Shown piece by piece: positions 1-12,090 of a stretch of 64,000 bases of DNA. The stretch comes from Octopus bimaculoides (taxonomy: Eukaryota): contig NC_068985.1 of assembly GCF_001194135.2 (NCBI RefSeq), forward strand, positions 50,200,935-50,264,934, given 5' to 3'. Below the pieces are notes generated by a model. That model searched no databases. It saw only the letters and a program-made list of their open reading frames with translations, and was not told where the DNA came from. The position numbers were made by a program, and so were the translations under genes. Each line of letters starts with the position of its first letter. Position 1 is the first letter of the stretch.

Positions 1-85
1 ACAAGAATCCGGATAAATTAAGATTGAAGTCAAATAAGGTCAACCACCTCACACTCACGAACACGCACGCACACACACCCTCACA

Positions 86-129
<44 letters not shown>

Positions 130-744
130 AGAGAGAGAGGCATACGCTTATACACAAACTGCAAACACAAATACAAACCATAAATACACAAAAACCACAA
201 ACACACACACATACAAACCACAAGCACACACACAAACTGCAAAGATAATACACACACACAAACCATAGACAGCCCACACAGCCACACATATGCACGCATA
301 CGCACGCACACGCGCACGTGGAAAAATCATATGCGCACACCGCAAAATACACATGCAAACCAAAACCACGCACACAAACCACAAATTAAAATTTAAAAAA
401 AACCCTAAACACAAGGAAAACAAAAATCCACACCTATTTAATACCATAGACGACCCATACAAAATAAAATCATTTGAGGAATTGGAACTCATTGAAAAGG
501 TCACAGCAGTGTCATGAAAATTTACGACATATTAATAAAACTAGAACAAAAGTGAACTACAACCAGTGCCTGTGTCTGTCGGCAATATGTCCACCCCAAA
601 ATACAACAATGCCGGTTTAGATACGCGGTTTCGTTTACAAATTCTTGCAAAACAAATTCAAAAGCGAAACTCCAGATCGTTTACGCCAGACTAACATTCT
701 ATCTGTAATCACTGGAATTAAGACACCTCTTTAGTGTTCAATAT

Positions 745-1706
745 GATATTTCTATAAAGTAATGGTTACAGAAATAAACATGTTAACAATACTTTTACAC
801 TGCAAGGATTGGCTCAAACTACTAATATATCAACCGAACCTCTCTCGAGTATACACCCTGCTCTCATAGAAAGGTAAGATAATAGGCGTGTCCAGTAATA
901 TGTGATTTTAAATACATTATGCCAAGAATAAAGATGGATTAGTTACAGCTTGAAGGTTTTTGATCATAAGTCTGCTCAATCAAAGCTGACTTTCGGCTAA
1001 ACAGTAACACTCACAACAACTATTAAGTTGTTGTAAATCAACTGAACTGAAACAACAAAATTTTCAGGTTTGATCGAAGGAGAAATTACAGAAATTTATA
1101 TTGCATAAACCATCTGTATGATAAACCTTACACACTAATGTGAGTCGATGAGAGAGCCTCTACAGAGTCGCTTGAAGTATTAGAAATAGTAGCTAAATCA
1201 TTATCAAATCGTCTTTTACCGTCTTACCAAAAATGAAGGAAGCATCGGAAAATGTAGCCATAAATGCACAAGCAATATGATGATCAAGGGTGGAATACCG
1301 TCGATCATAGGTTTGTCAGATCAGTGTCCATCTGGAGTTAAACATCAACAATGATAATGATATTAACAAGGACAAAAATAACAACAAGAAGGACAACCAA
1401 AGCAGCAAATATAGATAAGAACAACAACAACGACATCAACGACAACAAGAACAAGATGAGCAATAAGAATAAAAACGACTACCGTAATTCGTCAGCAACA
1501 TTTAGACCAATGAAAGAACAGCTTCAGTCCGTCTAACATAAACATTATATGACTATGTGTTTAAGGAGCTTACTTCTCAACCATGTTGTCTTGGGTTTTC
1601 AGTCCCACTGCGTGGTACCTTGGACCAGGTGTCTGCTACTACATATAGTTCGGGCCAACCAAAGCTTTGTGAGTAGACTTGACAGACGGAAACTGAAGGA
1701 AGACCG

Positions 1707-1755
<49 letters not shown>

Positions 1756-2455
1756 AGTATGTTTGTGTTTGTGTTATGTTTGTCCATACCAGCACTTGGC
1801 AACCTTTGTTGGTTTGTATACCTCCCCGTTATCTAGCGGTTCGGCAAAAGTACCCCACAGAATAACTAGCAGCCTTAAAAAAATAGATCCTCGGGTCGAT
1901 TTGTTCGACTATACCCCTCAAGGTGATGCCCCAGCATAGCTGCAATCCATTGACTGTAACAAATAAAAACTAACAGATAAAGATTAGCTATTTGTTCTGT
2001 TCAGTTAAGTAGAATGACAGGCGACTGATGCCCTACACAAGAATGACTAGAATAATGAGTGCTCCGTTGATTTAATCATGAGAGACATTCTTAGATCAGG
2101 TGCATGTTCCAAATGGAATCAATCTGTCCAGTGAAACGAAATCTAAAGTCCTGTATGTTGTCACGCATGCGTGAAAGCATGTGTACTATTTTACTACGTA
2201 CATCGTTCATTTTGTATGGCTTTCTATAACTTTCCAGGGAACTATCTATGCATGTCGATTCAACAAGCGAAGCACTCAATGTAAGTTCGACTTTCTAGAA
2301 TTAGCAGCCAAAAATATTTAAAACATACACTCAGCCAAGAAAGACAAAATGCGGTTTTGGAAGCATCGCACCTAGTGAGAAGACGGTATGGTTTCCGTTG
2401 GAACTGCACAGATCATAGGACTGATCTCTGACAGCCTACCTGGGGCTAAAGAAAA
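745..2455 (+). mobile_element. Three copies of an old SINE-like family (about 745-1020, 1110-1350, 2240-2455) with (CAA)n-like tails
   Basis: Shared motifs tagaa(a/t)tag(t/c)agc(t/c)aaa and gatcatagg..tgct..atca..gctgac.t.gg.taaac. Further fragments lie near 27780, 47150 (-) and 53480 (-). Confidence 0.5.
1551..1970 (+). mobile_element. SINE family C (tRNA head, CORE-like domain, internal microsatellite)
   Basis: cccactgcgtggtaccttggaccaggtgtctgctact resembles the CORE motif. It has an internal (GT)n, and the 3' half is shared with the other copies. Confidence 0.75.
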
Positions 2456-2742
2456 AAAAAACGAAGTGTGTGTACATTTATGTTATGTTACATATTGCAC
2501 ATTACGATGTATATGCATTAAACATACAAAATGATACGTACTTATGCATACACCAACACACACATATACATATACATCTAGAGAGTTTGTAATAAGTATG
2601 CGTCTTGTATATATAGAAACATATATTGTGTGCGTGTGTGTAGGTATGCATGCATGTATGCAAGATATATACACATGTGTGTATGTATGTATGTATCTAT
2701 CTATCTACCTATCTCCCTATATATATGTATACATACATATGT

Positions 2743-2779
<37 letters not shown>

Positions 2780-2874
2780 CATATTTTGTTCAAATATACA
2801 GAAAGCAAGACAAAGACAAGTAAAAGGGTAACAGCCAGGAGTATTAGTTTGGCGCTCGAGAAAAAGGAAAAGTT

Positions 2875-2908
2875 TTTGATGTTTCGAGCCTACGCTCTTC
2901 GACAGAAA
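2875..2908 (-). ncRNA. Hammerhead-like motif, GAGC/GCTC family (core variant CUGUCGA)
   Basis: Reads TTT CTGTCGA A GAGC-gtag-GCTC GAAA CA TC AAA. Flanking sequence is shared with 29095-29220 and 52180-52390. Confidence 0.5.
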
Positions 2909-3960
2909 GGGATGAGCGGGGGAAAAAAATGGAGAGAGAGAGAAAAAAAAAAGAGCGAGAGAGAAAAAAAAGAGCGAGAAAGAAAAAAAATGTATTGGGA
3001 TTAACGGTTCCACATGCTGTGTGTGCATGTATAAAACATGCACATATCATATCTATATACGCACGCAGACATGCACATGCATNNNNNNNNNNNNNNNNNN
3101 NNNNNNNNNNNNNNNNNNNNNNNNNNNNNNNNNNNNNNNNNNNNNNNNNNNNNNNNNNNNNNNNNNNNNNNNNNNNNNNNNNNNNNNNNNNNNNNNNNNN
3201 NNNNNNNNNNNNNNNNNNNNNNNNNNNNNNNNNNNNNNNNNNNNNNNNNNNNNNNNNNNNNNNNNNNNNNNNNNNNNNNNNNNNNNNNNNNNNNNNNNNN
3301 NNNNNNNNNNNNNNNNNNNNNNNNNNNNNNNNNNNNNNNNNNNNNNNNNNNNNNNNNNNNNNNNNNNNNNNNNNNNNNNNNNNNNNNNNNNNNNNNNNNN
3401 NNNNNNNNNNNNNNNNNNNNNNNNNNNNNNNNNNNNNNNNNNNNNNNNNNNNNNNNNNNNNNNNNNNNNNNNNNNNNNNNNNNNNNNNNNNNNNNNNNNN
3501 NNNNNNNNNNNNNNNNNNNNNNNNNNNNNNNNNNNNNNNNNNNNNNNNNNNNNNNNNNNNNNNNNNNNNNNNNNNNNNNNNNNNNNNNNNNNNNNNNNNN
3601 NNNNNNNNNNNNNNNNNNNNNNNNNNNNNNNNNNNNNNNNNNNNNNNNNNNNNNNNNNNNNNNNNNNNNNNNNNNNNNNNNNNNNNNNNNNNNNNNNNNN
3701 NNNNNNNNNNNNNNNNNNNNNNNNNNNNNNNNNNNNNNNNNNNNNNNNNNNNNNNNNNNNNNNNNNNNNNNNNNNNNNNNNNNNNNNNNNNNNNNNNNNN
3801 NNNNNNNNNNNNNNNNNNNNNNNNNNNNNNNNNNNNNNNNNNNNNNNNNNNNNNNNNNNNNNNNNNNNNNNNNNNNNNNNNNNNNNNNNNNNNNNNNNNN
3901 NNNNNNNNNNNNNNNNNNNNNNNNNNNNNNNNNNNNNNNNNNNNNNNNNNNNNNNNNNNN

Positions 3961-4310
3961 CCACCACCACCACCTACCGCCACCACCGGCCGCCGCCGCC
4001 GCCGCCATCACCACCACCACCACCACCACAACCAACAACAACAACGACAACTGAAAAACAATGACAAGAACAAAAACAAGTGTAGTAACACCACTATCGG
4101 CGGCAGTAGTAACAACAATAACATTACATGTAGCAGCCTCTGCAACCTCAGCAGCCTCAGCAGCATCCTTCTCACCACCAGTAACAGCGTCAGCAACAAG
4201 TGCAGCAAAACCACAACCAACAGGTGCAGCGACATTGTCATTACCACCACCAACAACTGCAACAAGTGCAGTACTACCACTACTTGCTGCTACTGTTGCT
4301 ACTACTACTG

Positions 4311-4374
<64 letters not shown>

Positions 4375-4400
4375 AATAAAAACATCAACAACAATAAAAA
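3961..4400. repeat. Compound trinucleotide microsatellite (CCA, CGC, CAA, CAG, CTA)
   Basis: Read directly from the sequence. It explains the low-complexity ORFs here. Confidence 0.95.
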
Positions 4401-5770
4401 ACAATAATAATATTGTCAATTTTTTTTTTTATGTGACAATAAGATAGGTTTTGAGGAAGATATAGTTGCAATTTCTAGCCGATCATACGACCACATAGTG
4501 GATCCCTTGCTGTCTGAAATCGCAGAAGGGAATCACTACATCGTAACAATAGCAACAATGATTACAGCCAGAGGTCGGAGACTGTCTGTGAGCGACTTTC
4601 TGGCGGCAATCAATATCAATCGAGTAACCTTTTCTGGATGCACTCTAGGATCTTGTGTGTCCAGCAACACTATTGTCTTAGATGTGGGAGCAACACTCCA
4701 CAGAGGATCTCATCTGAACTTTGAAGAGTTTTAGTAATATCAATACAAAATGTCATATTTTTGCTTTTCTTTGCAGCAAATTTAATTCCTTATACTTTAT
4801 ATTTCTTATTTGCTAACCAAAACCATCGCTGGAGTTCTACTATTTTTCTTTGATACCACAAAGTTACTCCGATATACATATTTCTAAGACTCTATAGAAG
4901 AGGATGAAGAATATTTGTAGCACTGTAGGCGAATTGCAAGTGCATAAGTTGAAGAGACACGGCTATGTTGAGAAAAATAAGTGCTTTTTAATTTTACAAA
5001 TTCATTGGCGTGTAACTTAAATTATCACTTTGGTCTGAAGAGACGTTTTAACTTGTTATGCATGAGCTTTTGGAGAAGTCAGTGGACGGTTTTAAATTTG
5101 AATACGGACCGATATGATGGGTTTTTCACCTCTGCTTTATGTCATCAAAATACGCTTCAAGCAACATCCCTATTAGTGACAGTATATCTATGTCCATCTC
5201 TGAATGTCATTCTGGTAGGCCTCGCATTCTAGTTCTTTACGTACTGAGTTCAAATCCCACCAAAATCAACGATACTTTTCATCCTTTAAGAGTCACTAAA
5301 ATAAAGTACTAGGTAAGTACTGGAATCGATGGTATCGCGTAATCCTTTCCTCTCGAATAATTTTTGGTCTTGTGCTTAAATTAAAAATGATAGTAATACC
5401 TCTCGTAGCCTAATTGGCGTGTCATTTCGTCCCTTGTTTAGATCTTAAGAGCTATACGGTCACACCTTAAAAGCCATTAGGATGTGGTTCCTAAACGGGT
5501 TTCTCATATTCTGAAGACATACACTACTTGTTTGTGAAGGTGAGGACGGAAGAATCGATAGAGAATGCAAAGCTAAATACTTTCTAATATTTACTCATCA
5601 TTTTTATGTCCCGAGTTCAGTTTCTATAAGGGGACTTTGCTTTTCTTGTTAAAATAAGGTTTTGAGGTCAGTTTAATTGATAGCGTCCTGCCTCATAATT
5701 TGTGGATTTCTGCAAATTCTACTGTGATGTAGTGGAATTATCTGAGCAATCAAATTGCAAATATGCGACA

Positions 5771-6248
5771 AAACAGTTATGCTTGCATCCAACAATGCCA
5801 TTTACGTCATTCAGGTATTTGAGAAGGCTATGAACATTAGAAATATATCGGCTTAACTCATGAGTTAATATAAATAATCACGATAAGGCGATGAGCTAGC
5901 AGAATCGTTAGCACGCCGGGCAAAATGCTCTGTGGCATTTCGTCCGTCTTTACGTTCTGAGTTCAAATTTCGCGGAGTTCAGCTGAGCACTGGGGTTATT
6001 GTAATCGACTATCTCGTTACCCGAGATTCCTGGCCTTGTGCCAAAAACTGGAAACCCATATAAATAAACACAATTGTGTCACTCATAAAACCATTTTCCG
6101 TTCTCGAAACTAGTTCTTAGTACTTATGGAAGCCATTTAACTCGGTTTCTGTCGCTTATTGCTTCTGGGAAAGACACAAACAAAATAAACATCTGACATA
6201 GATTTTCGACTGAAGAAAAATAAAATTGTAAATGAGACAGTCATAGAT
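5771..6248 (+). repeat. Local duplication, copy 1 (paralog at 10821-11358)
   Basis: Non-SINE flanks (aaacagttatgcttgcatcc..., aaacaaaataaacatctgacatagattttcgact) are shared along with the SINE. Confidence 0.85.
5886..6058 (+). mobile_element. SINE family A (internally deleted)
   Basis: Same head and tail, inside the duplicated block 5771-6248. Confidence 0.8.
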
Positions 6249-6349
6249 GGAACATCTTGGGCACAGCCATACGATACTATTGAGAAATAGCGCGCGCACG
6301 CACACACACATACACACACAGATTCACACACATACACACACACACACAT

Positions 6350-6388
<39 letters not shown>

Positions 6389-6988
6389 CTCATATAAACC
6401 CCATCCATATCCCATACCAACATATTCGGTGTCTCAGGTGTAGCAAATCTGTCACGATTCGAAAGACTTTACTTGGAATTCCACGTTAGAATCACAACCT
6501 AATTATATTTTCATAAAAGACAGGAATCACCTTGAGAGAAGGAACGCCCACGTAAGTGNNNNNNNNNNNNNNNNNNNNNNNNNNNNNNNNNNNNNNNNNN
6601 NNNNNNNNNNNNNNNNNNNNNNNNNNNNNNNNNNNNNNNNNNNNNNNNNNNNNNNNNNNNNNNNNNNNNNNNNNNNNNNNNNNNNNNNNNNNNNNNNNNN
6701 NNNNNNNNNNNNNNNNNTACGTTCTACACGGAACAAGATGAGCTCTTACTTTCTTCTGCTTGTTCTACAGTAACATACACTGTATACCATATTCGGCAAA
6801 GGTAATTTTACTTGCGCTGTTAAGTTGGGATACATTATCAACCTCTACTTCCTCAATCGTATTCGAAAAGTACTTTGGAAACATTTACAGAATTAGTGGG
6901 CATTAGGAAACTTTTTCTCGATGTTTACGTTGAAGGTATTTACATTATTTACATTTAACGGATATTTGTCTTCATCTTGTTTGTTGTT

Positions 6989-7036
6989 AACACAACGTTT
7001 CGGCTGATATACCCCGCCCAGCCTTCATCAGGTGTC
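6989..7036 (-). ncRNA. Type I minimal hammerhead ribozyme (PLE-type, dimer-forming)
   Basis: Reads GACAC CTGATGA A GGCTG-ggcggggtatat-CAGCC GAAA CG TT GTGTT. Stem I is GACAC/GTGTT, the core is intact with one extra A after A9, stem II is 5 bp, stem III is the palindrome AACGTT, and the cleavage triplet is GUU. Confidence 0.8.
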
Positions 7037-7056
7037 TTGGGGGAAATTTCGAACCC

Positions 7057-7130
7057 GGGCATATGGCGTAGTGGTTAAGCGCGCGGGCTATTAACCCCGA
7101 GATTCCGAGTTCGATTCCAAGCAGTGACCT
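7057..7130 (+). promoter_or_regulatory. tRNA-derived Pol III head (tRNA-Asn-like) of the composite element
   Basis: A box tggcgtagtgg at 7064-7074 and B box gagttcgattc at 7107-7117. The anticodon arm GGG-CTATTAA-CCC resembles tRNA-Asn GGCTGTTAACC. There is no closed acceptor stem. Confidence 0.7.
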
Positions 7131-8160
7131 AGGCAGAACTAGTCATTTCAGTTAGGGAAGTGAAGGAAATCAGCAAAAAAAAAATGAGTAACTGGAAGGC
7201 CCCGGAACCAGATGGAGTTCACGACTACTGGATCAAGAAATTTGGTGAATGTCATGCCCGAATAGCTGCGCAACTCAACAACTTGTTAAATGCCGACCAA
7301 GTAACATCAGAGTGGTTGACATTGGGTAGGACAATGCTGTGCTCGAAAAACATCGAAAAAGGCAATATGGTAGACAATTACAGGCCGATATCCTGTCTGC
7401 CACTCATGTGGAAGTTATTGACTGGAATACTCACAGAGTCAATGTACGAACATCTGATAAAAAAATGGAGTCCTACCACATGAGCAGAAGGGTTGCGAGT
7501 GTAAGTGCAGAGGTACCAAGGATCAACTCCTGATAGACAAAACTATACTTAGAGATTGCAAGAGAAGGAAAAGTAACTTAGCCATGTCATGGATCGACTA
7601 TCGTAAGGCGTACGATATGATCCCACATTTTTGAATTATGGAATGTATGAACCTATTTGGTATTGCATCGAATGTTGAGCGATTGCTTGGAAAAAGTATG
7701 GCGAACTGGAGGACGGAGCTGACATCATACGGAATAAGTTTAGGGACAGTAGAAATCAGGAGGAGCATTTTCCAAGGGAACTGCCTGTCCCCACCTATCT
7801 TTGTACTATGGTTGATACCACTGACACTAATTCTAAGGAAAGCAAAAGCTGGGTGTGTATTCAAAAGCCGCCAACAAAAAGTCAACTATTTGCTATTCAT
7901 GGATGACCTCAAACTTTATGGTAAAGATAAAGCCCAAGTCAGTTCTTTCGTTGATCCGGTGTATACCTTCAATGCTCATATCAGAATGGAGTTCGGACTG
8001 AGAAAGTGTGGTGTGTTAGTCTTGAAGAGAGGCAAAATCAAATGTATGGACGGGATAACGATACCGTCCGGGGAGGTTATGAAGAAGATAGAAGAGACGA
8101 GCTATAAGTACTTGGGGATTTTGGAAATTGATAAATTGATGGAGAAAGAAATGAGAGAAA
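7131..8160 (+). mobile_element. R4/Dong-clade non-LTR retrotransposon RT fragment (degenerate)
   Basis: Translations [62 protein letters not shown] and YKYLGILE. Frameshifts and stops are present. Confidence 0.85.
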
Positions 8161-8167
8161 AATAATA

Positions 8168-9395
8168 ATGACAGGATCTAGAATGCACCACCCAAAATCT
8201 GACATAGAAAGGCTATACATACAACGTACAGAAGGTGGTAGAGGCCTTATACAGCTGGGAAACTATTATAAAATAACCACCATAGGACTGCAAAAATACC
8301 TACTTCAGAAGCAAGGAAAACTAATACAAATAGCCACAAAACACGAGCAAAACAAAAAACTGTTTTCAGTATTTAAGGAAGCTGACAAATACAAACAAGA
8401 AATCATACTACCTAACAAATATGAAGAAGAAGAAGAAGAAGAAGAAGAAGAAGAAGNNNNNNNNNNNNNNNNNNNNNNNNNNNNNNNNNNNNNNNNNNNN
8501 NNNNNNNNNNNNNNNNNNNNNNNNNNNNNNNNNNNNNNNNNNNNNNNNNNNNNNNNNNNNNNNNNNNNNNNNNNNNNNNNNNNNNNNNNNNNNNNNNNNN
8601 NNNNNNNNNNNNNNNNNNNNNNNNNNNNNNNNNNNNNNNNNNNNNNNNNNNNNNNNNNNNNNNNNNNNNNNNNNNNNNNNNNNNNNNNNNNNNNNNNNNN
8701 NNNNNNNNNNNNNNNNNNNNNNNNNNNNNNNNNNNNNNNNNNNNNNNNNNNNNNNNNNNNNNNNNNNNNNNNNNNNNNNNNNNNNNNNNNNNNNNNNNNN
8801 NNNNNNNNNNNNNNNNNNNNNNNNNNNNNNNNNNNNNNNNNNNNNNNNNNNNNNNNNNNNNNNNNNNNNNNNNNNNNNNNNNNNNNNNNNNNNNNNNNNN
8901 NNNNNNNNNNNNNNNNNNNNNNNNNNNNNNNNNNNNNNNNNNNNNNNNNNNNNNNNNNNNNNNNNNNNNNNNNNNNNNNNNNNNNNNNNNNNNNNNNNNN
9001 NNNNNNNNNNNNNNNNNNNNNNNNNNNNNNNNNNNNNNNNNNNNNNNNNNNNNNNNNNNNNNNNNNNNNNNNNNNNNNNNNNNNNNNNNNNNNNNNNNNN
9101 NNNNNNNNNNNNNNNNNNNNNNNNNNNNNNNNNNNNNNNNNNNNNNNNNNNNNNNATCATAGTAGGCGCATTAGGTATGATAAAAAATATTCAGACAAAT
9201 ACATAACAAAAACACCAGGACTTACAAGTATATATAACATACAGAAAATTGCACTACTGGGCACTGCACACATTCTACGCAAAACACTTTCATTACAGTA
9301 ACCATAAGAACATCACAGCAAACAACAGCACATACCCAAGGCGAACAGAGCTGCGCTCGGTAGTGAAGTGAAAGCACGTTATAAAAATAAAACTA

Positions 9396-9398
<3 letters not shown>
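8168..9398 (+). mobile_element. Second R4/Dong-clade fragment (C-terminus and 3' UTR), interrupted by (GAA)n and a gap, ending in (AAT)n
   Basis: HHPKSDIERLYIQRTEGGRGL, and IVGALGMI...QKIALLGTAHILRKTL after the gap. The 3' UTR abuts (AAT)n at 9399, and an aataataat sits at the 5' junction. Confidence 0.85.
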
Positions 9399-9475
<77 letters not shown>

Positions 9476-9530
9476 CAACATCGAAAAATACCTTAGGATT
9501 GAGAACCCAGGTTCGAAATTTCCCCAAGTT

Positions 9531-9571
9531 ACCTGATGAAGCTGGAGGCTATATCAGCCGAGACGTTGCGT
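9531..9571 (+). ncRNA. Hammerhead ribozyme, same family as 6989-7036, with a core mutation (GAAA to GAGA)
   Basis: Reads AC CTGATGA A GCTG-gaggctatat-CAGC C GAGA CG TT GCGT. Probably inactive. Confidence 0.6.
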
Positions 9572-10049
9572 TGACAACAAACAAGATGAGGACAAATATC
9601 CGTCAAATGGAAATAATGTACACAATTCCTCATGTCTTAAATATAGAATTGAAGGTATTTGTTGATATCCATAAAAAGGATGTCATTATCAATCATCTAC
9701 CTTTGTATTTCTGCTTTTCTGACAAATTCCTTCCTGATCAAAGGTGAAGCAATGCCAACTAATGAGTAAAGAGTTGATCATACACATACTAGTTCTTCTT
9801 GTTGTTGTGTAAGTTCCAGATCGACCTTAAATGAACAGATATATGAAAGACAGCCCAACCGCGAGAATTCCGTCTTTTTATATGTACATAGTGTACACCG
9901 AACTATATTATCCAGTATGTTCTTCCTTTTATTTTAAGCGATAGGATGAGAATTCAGAGGGGCCGAATGGCTACGACCATTTCTCTTGCAAAATATACCT
10001 TGTGACTAAATATCTAAAAGTGGATGTTAAGCAATGTTCAGCAAGAGGG

Positions 10050-10097
<48 letters not shown>

Positions 10098-10935
10098 ACA
10101 GAGCGTGTGATAGCTAGAGAGAGAGAGCGATAAACAGATAAAAAAGATAAACAGATAAAAGAGATAAACAGATAGAGAGAGAAGGGGAGAGAGAGAGAAA
10201 AAGAGGGGTGAGATAGGAGTGAGTGAGAGAGAGGGGAGGAGAAAAAGAGAGAGAGAGAAGAAGGGAGAGAGAAACATAACAAGTGATAAACTGCAGCCAG
10301 ATGAAACCTGCTACTCAGTTTCGAGTTTCACTGCAGTTAATTTATTATGTTGCTGATGCATAATGTTATTCGTGGCGCATTCTTATAGTTAAGAAAACAA
10401 TATTGCGCGGCTGACCCATTCCAGCGAAGTCTGAAGCTATTTCACGTCACGATTTGACTTAGTCAGAAGTGGTAAGGGGCAACGACGTTGAACTTTTTTC
10501 AGTGACGCTCAAAACAACTGAAAGAGAGGAAGTTATTCTCAGGCCAGATACGTAACCAGTATTCATACAACAGAGTGGACAACATTAGAGACACCCAATG
10601 TGACAGGTAGTAGTGGTGTTAAACCGAATGACAGTTTAACACTATTACTCAGTGTCAAACCGTTAAATCTACCATCTAAGAGCAAGAGCAATCCTCATCG
10701 ACAGCTTTCGTTAGCAAAATCTCTTTCATTCGGCTTTCAACAATCTGAGAATATGACGGACGAAAGTTCCCCCAAGGTGCCGTACTCGAAACCAAGAAGC
10801 TGCAAAGCGTTCTTCTTAATCAAACAGTTATGCTTGCATCCAATAATGTCATCTACGTCATTTAGGTATTTGAGAAAGATATGAACACTAGAAATATACC
10901 GGCTTAACTCTTTAGTTAATATAAATAATCCTGAT

Positions 10936-11150
10936 AAGGCGATGAGCTGGCAGAACTGTTAGCACGCCGGACAAAATGCTTCGTGGCATTTGGTCCGTCT
11001 TTACGTTCTGAGTTCAAATTTCGCCGAGGTCAGCTTTACCTTTCATCTTTCGGAGTTGATAAAATAAATACCAGTTGAGCACTGGGGTTGCTGTAATCGA
11101 CTATCTCTTTACCCGAAATTGCTGGCCTTGTGCCAAAAACTGGAAACCCA
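10936..11150 (+). mobile_element. SINE family A
   Basis: Same head, core and tail, inside the duplicated block 10821-11358. Confidence 0.85.
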
Positions 11151-11872
11151 TATAAATAATCACAATTGTGTCACTCATCAAACCATTTTCCCTTCTCGAA
11201 ACTAGTTTCTAGTACTTATGGAAGCCATTCAACTCGGTTTCTGTCGTTTATTGCTTCTGGGAAAGTCACAAACAAAATAAACATCTGACATAGATTTTCG
11301 ACTAAATCTAATTTCTCGACTGAAGAAAAATAAAATAAAAAATTAGATAGTCATACCGGGANNNNNNNNNNNNNNNNNNNNNNNNNNNNNNNNNNNNNNN
11401 NNNNNNNNNNNNNNNNNNNNNNNNNNNNNNNNNNNNNNNNNNNNNNNNNNNNNNNNNNNNNNNNNNNNNNNNNNNNNNNNNNNNNNNNNNNNNNNNNNNN
11501 NNNNNNNNNNNNNNNNNNNNNNNNNNNNNNNNNNNNNNNNNNNNNNNNNNNNNNNNNNNNNNNNNNNNNNNNNNNNNNNNNNNNNNNNNNNNNNNNNNNN
11601 NNNNNNNNNNNNNNNNNNNNNNNNNNNNNNNNNNNNNNNNNNNNNNNNNNNNNNNNNNNNNNNNNNNNNNNNNNNNNNNNNNNNNNNNNNNNNNNNNNNN
11701 NNNNNNNNNNNNNNNNNNNNNNNNNNNNNNNNNNNNNNNNNNNNNNNNNNNNNNNNNNNNNNNNNNNNNNNNNNNNNNNNNNNNNNNNNNNNNNNNNNNN
11801 NNNNNNNNNNNNNNNNNNNNNNNNNNNNNNNNNNNNNNNNNNNNNNNNNNNNNNNNNNNNNNNNNNNNNNNN

Positions 11873-11927
<55 letters not shown>

Positions 11928-12057
11928 GCACATATAATACGTATGCATGCATCCATTGATCTGGACGTGCATAAATATACAGACACATAAGCACACACAC
12001 ATACACTCACATACATCAAAATGTACATACGTATGTGCGTATATGTATATATATGTA

Positions 12058-12090
<33 letters not shown>

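Larger units (their letters stand above)
6942..9648 (+). mobile_element. Composite non-autonomous element: inverted arm + tRNA-like head + (AAT)n + hammerhead tail, with nested R4/Dong fragments
   Basis: 12-bp direct repeat ttgaaggtattt at 6930-6941 and 9649-9660. The left arm (6942-7056) is the reverse complement of the right arm (about 9510-9620). The head is at 7057-7130 and the (AAT)n at 9399-9471. Confidence 0.8.

Noticed and set aside
290-517. ORF end resembling a retroelement C-terminus
   Set aside because: No diagnostic motif, and it is half microsatellite.
2844-4447. Long ORFs in the track, here and at the other gaps
   Set aside because: They are made of N-runs and microsatellites (poly-X, HTHT, CVCV, YIYI, poly-T/Q/D), with no coding signal.
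4498-4734. 78-aa non-repetitive ORF
   Set aside because: No recognisable domain or splice context, and the length is compatible with chance.
7057-7130. tRNA gene calls for this and other A/B-box sequences (18800, 35088, 38150, family A heads)
   Set aside because: There is no closed acceptor stem, and each continues into a repeat body with a tail or TSD. They are SINE heads.
10289-10338. Hairpin with AUGA...GA resembling a SECIS element
   Set aside because: The upper helix is too short, there are no unpaired AA in the apical loop, and no selenoprotein ORF is nearby.
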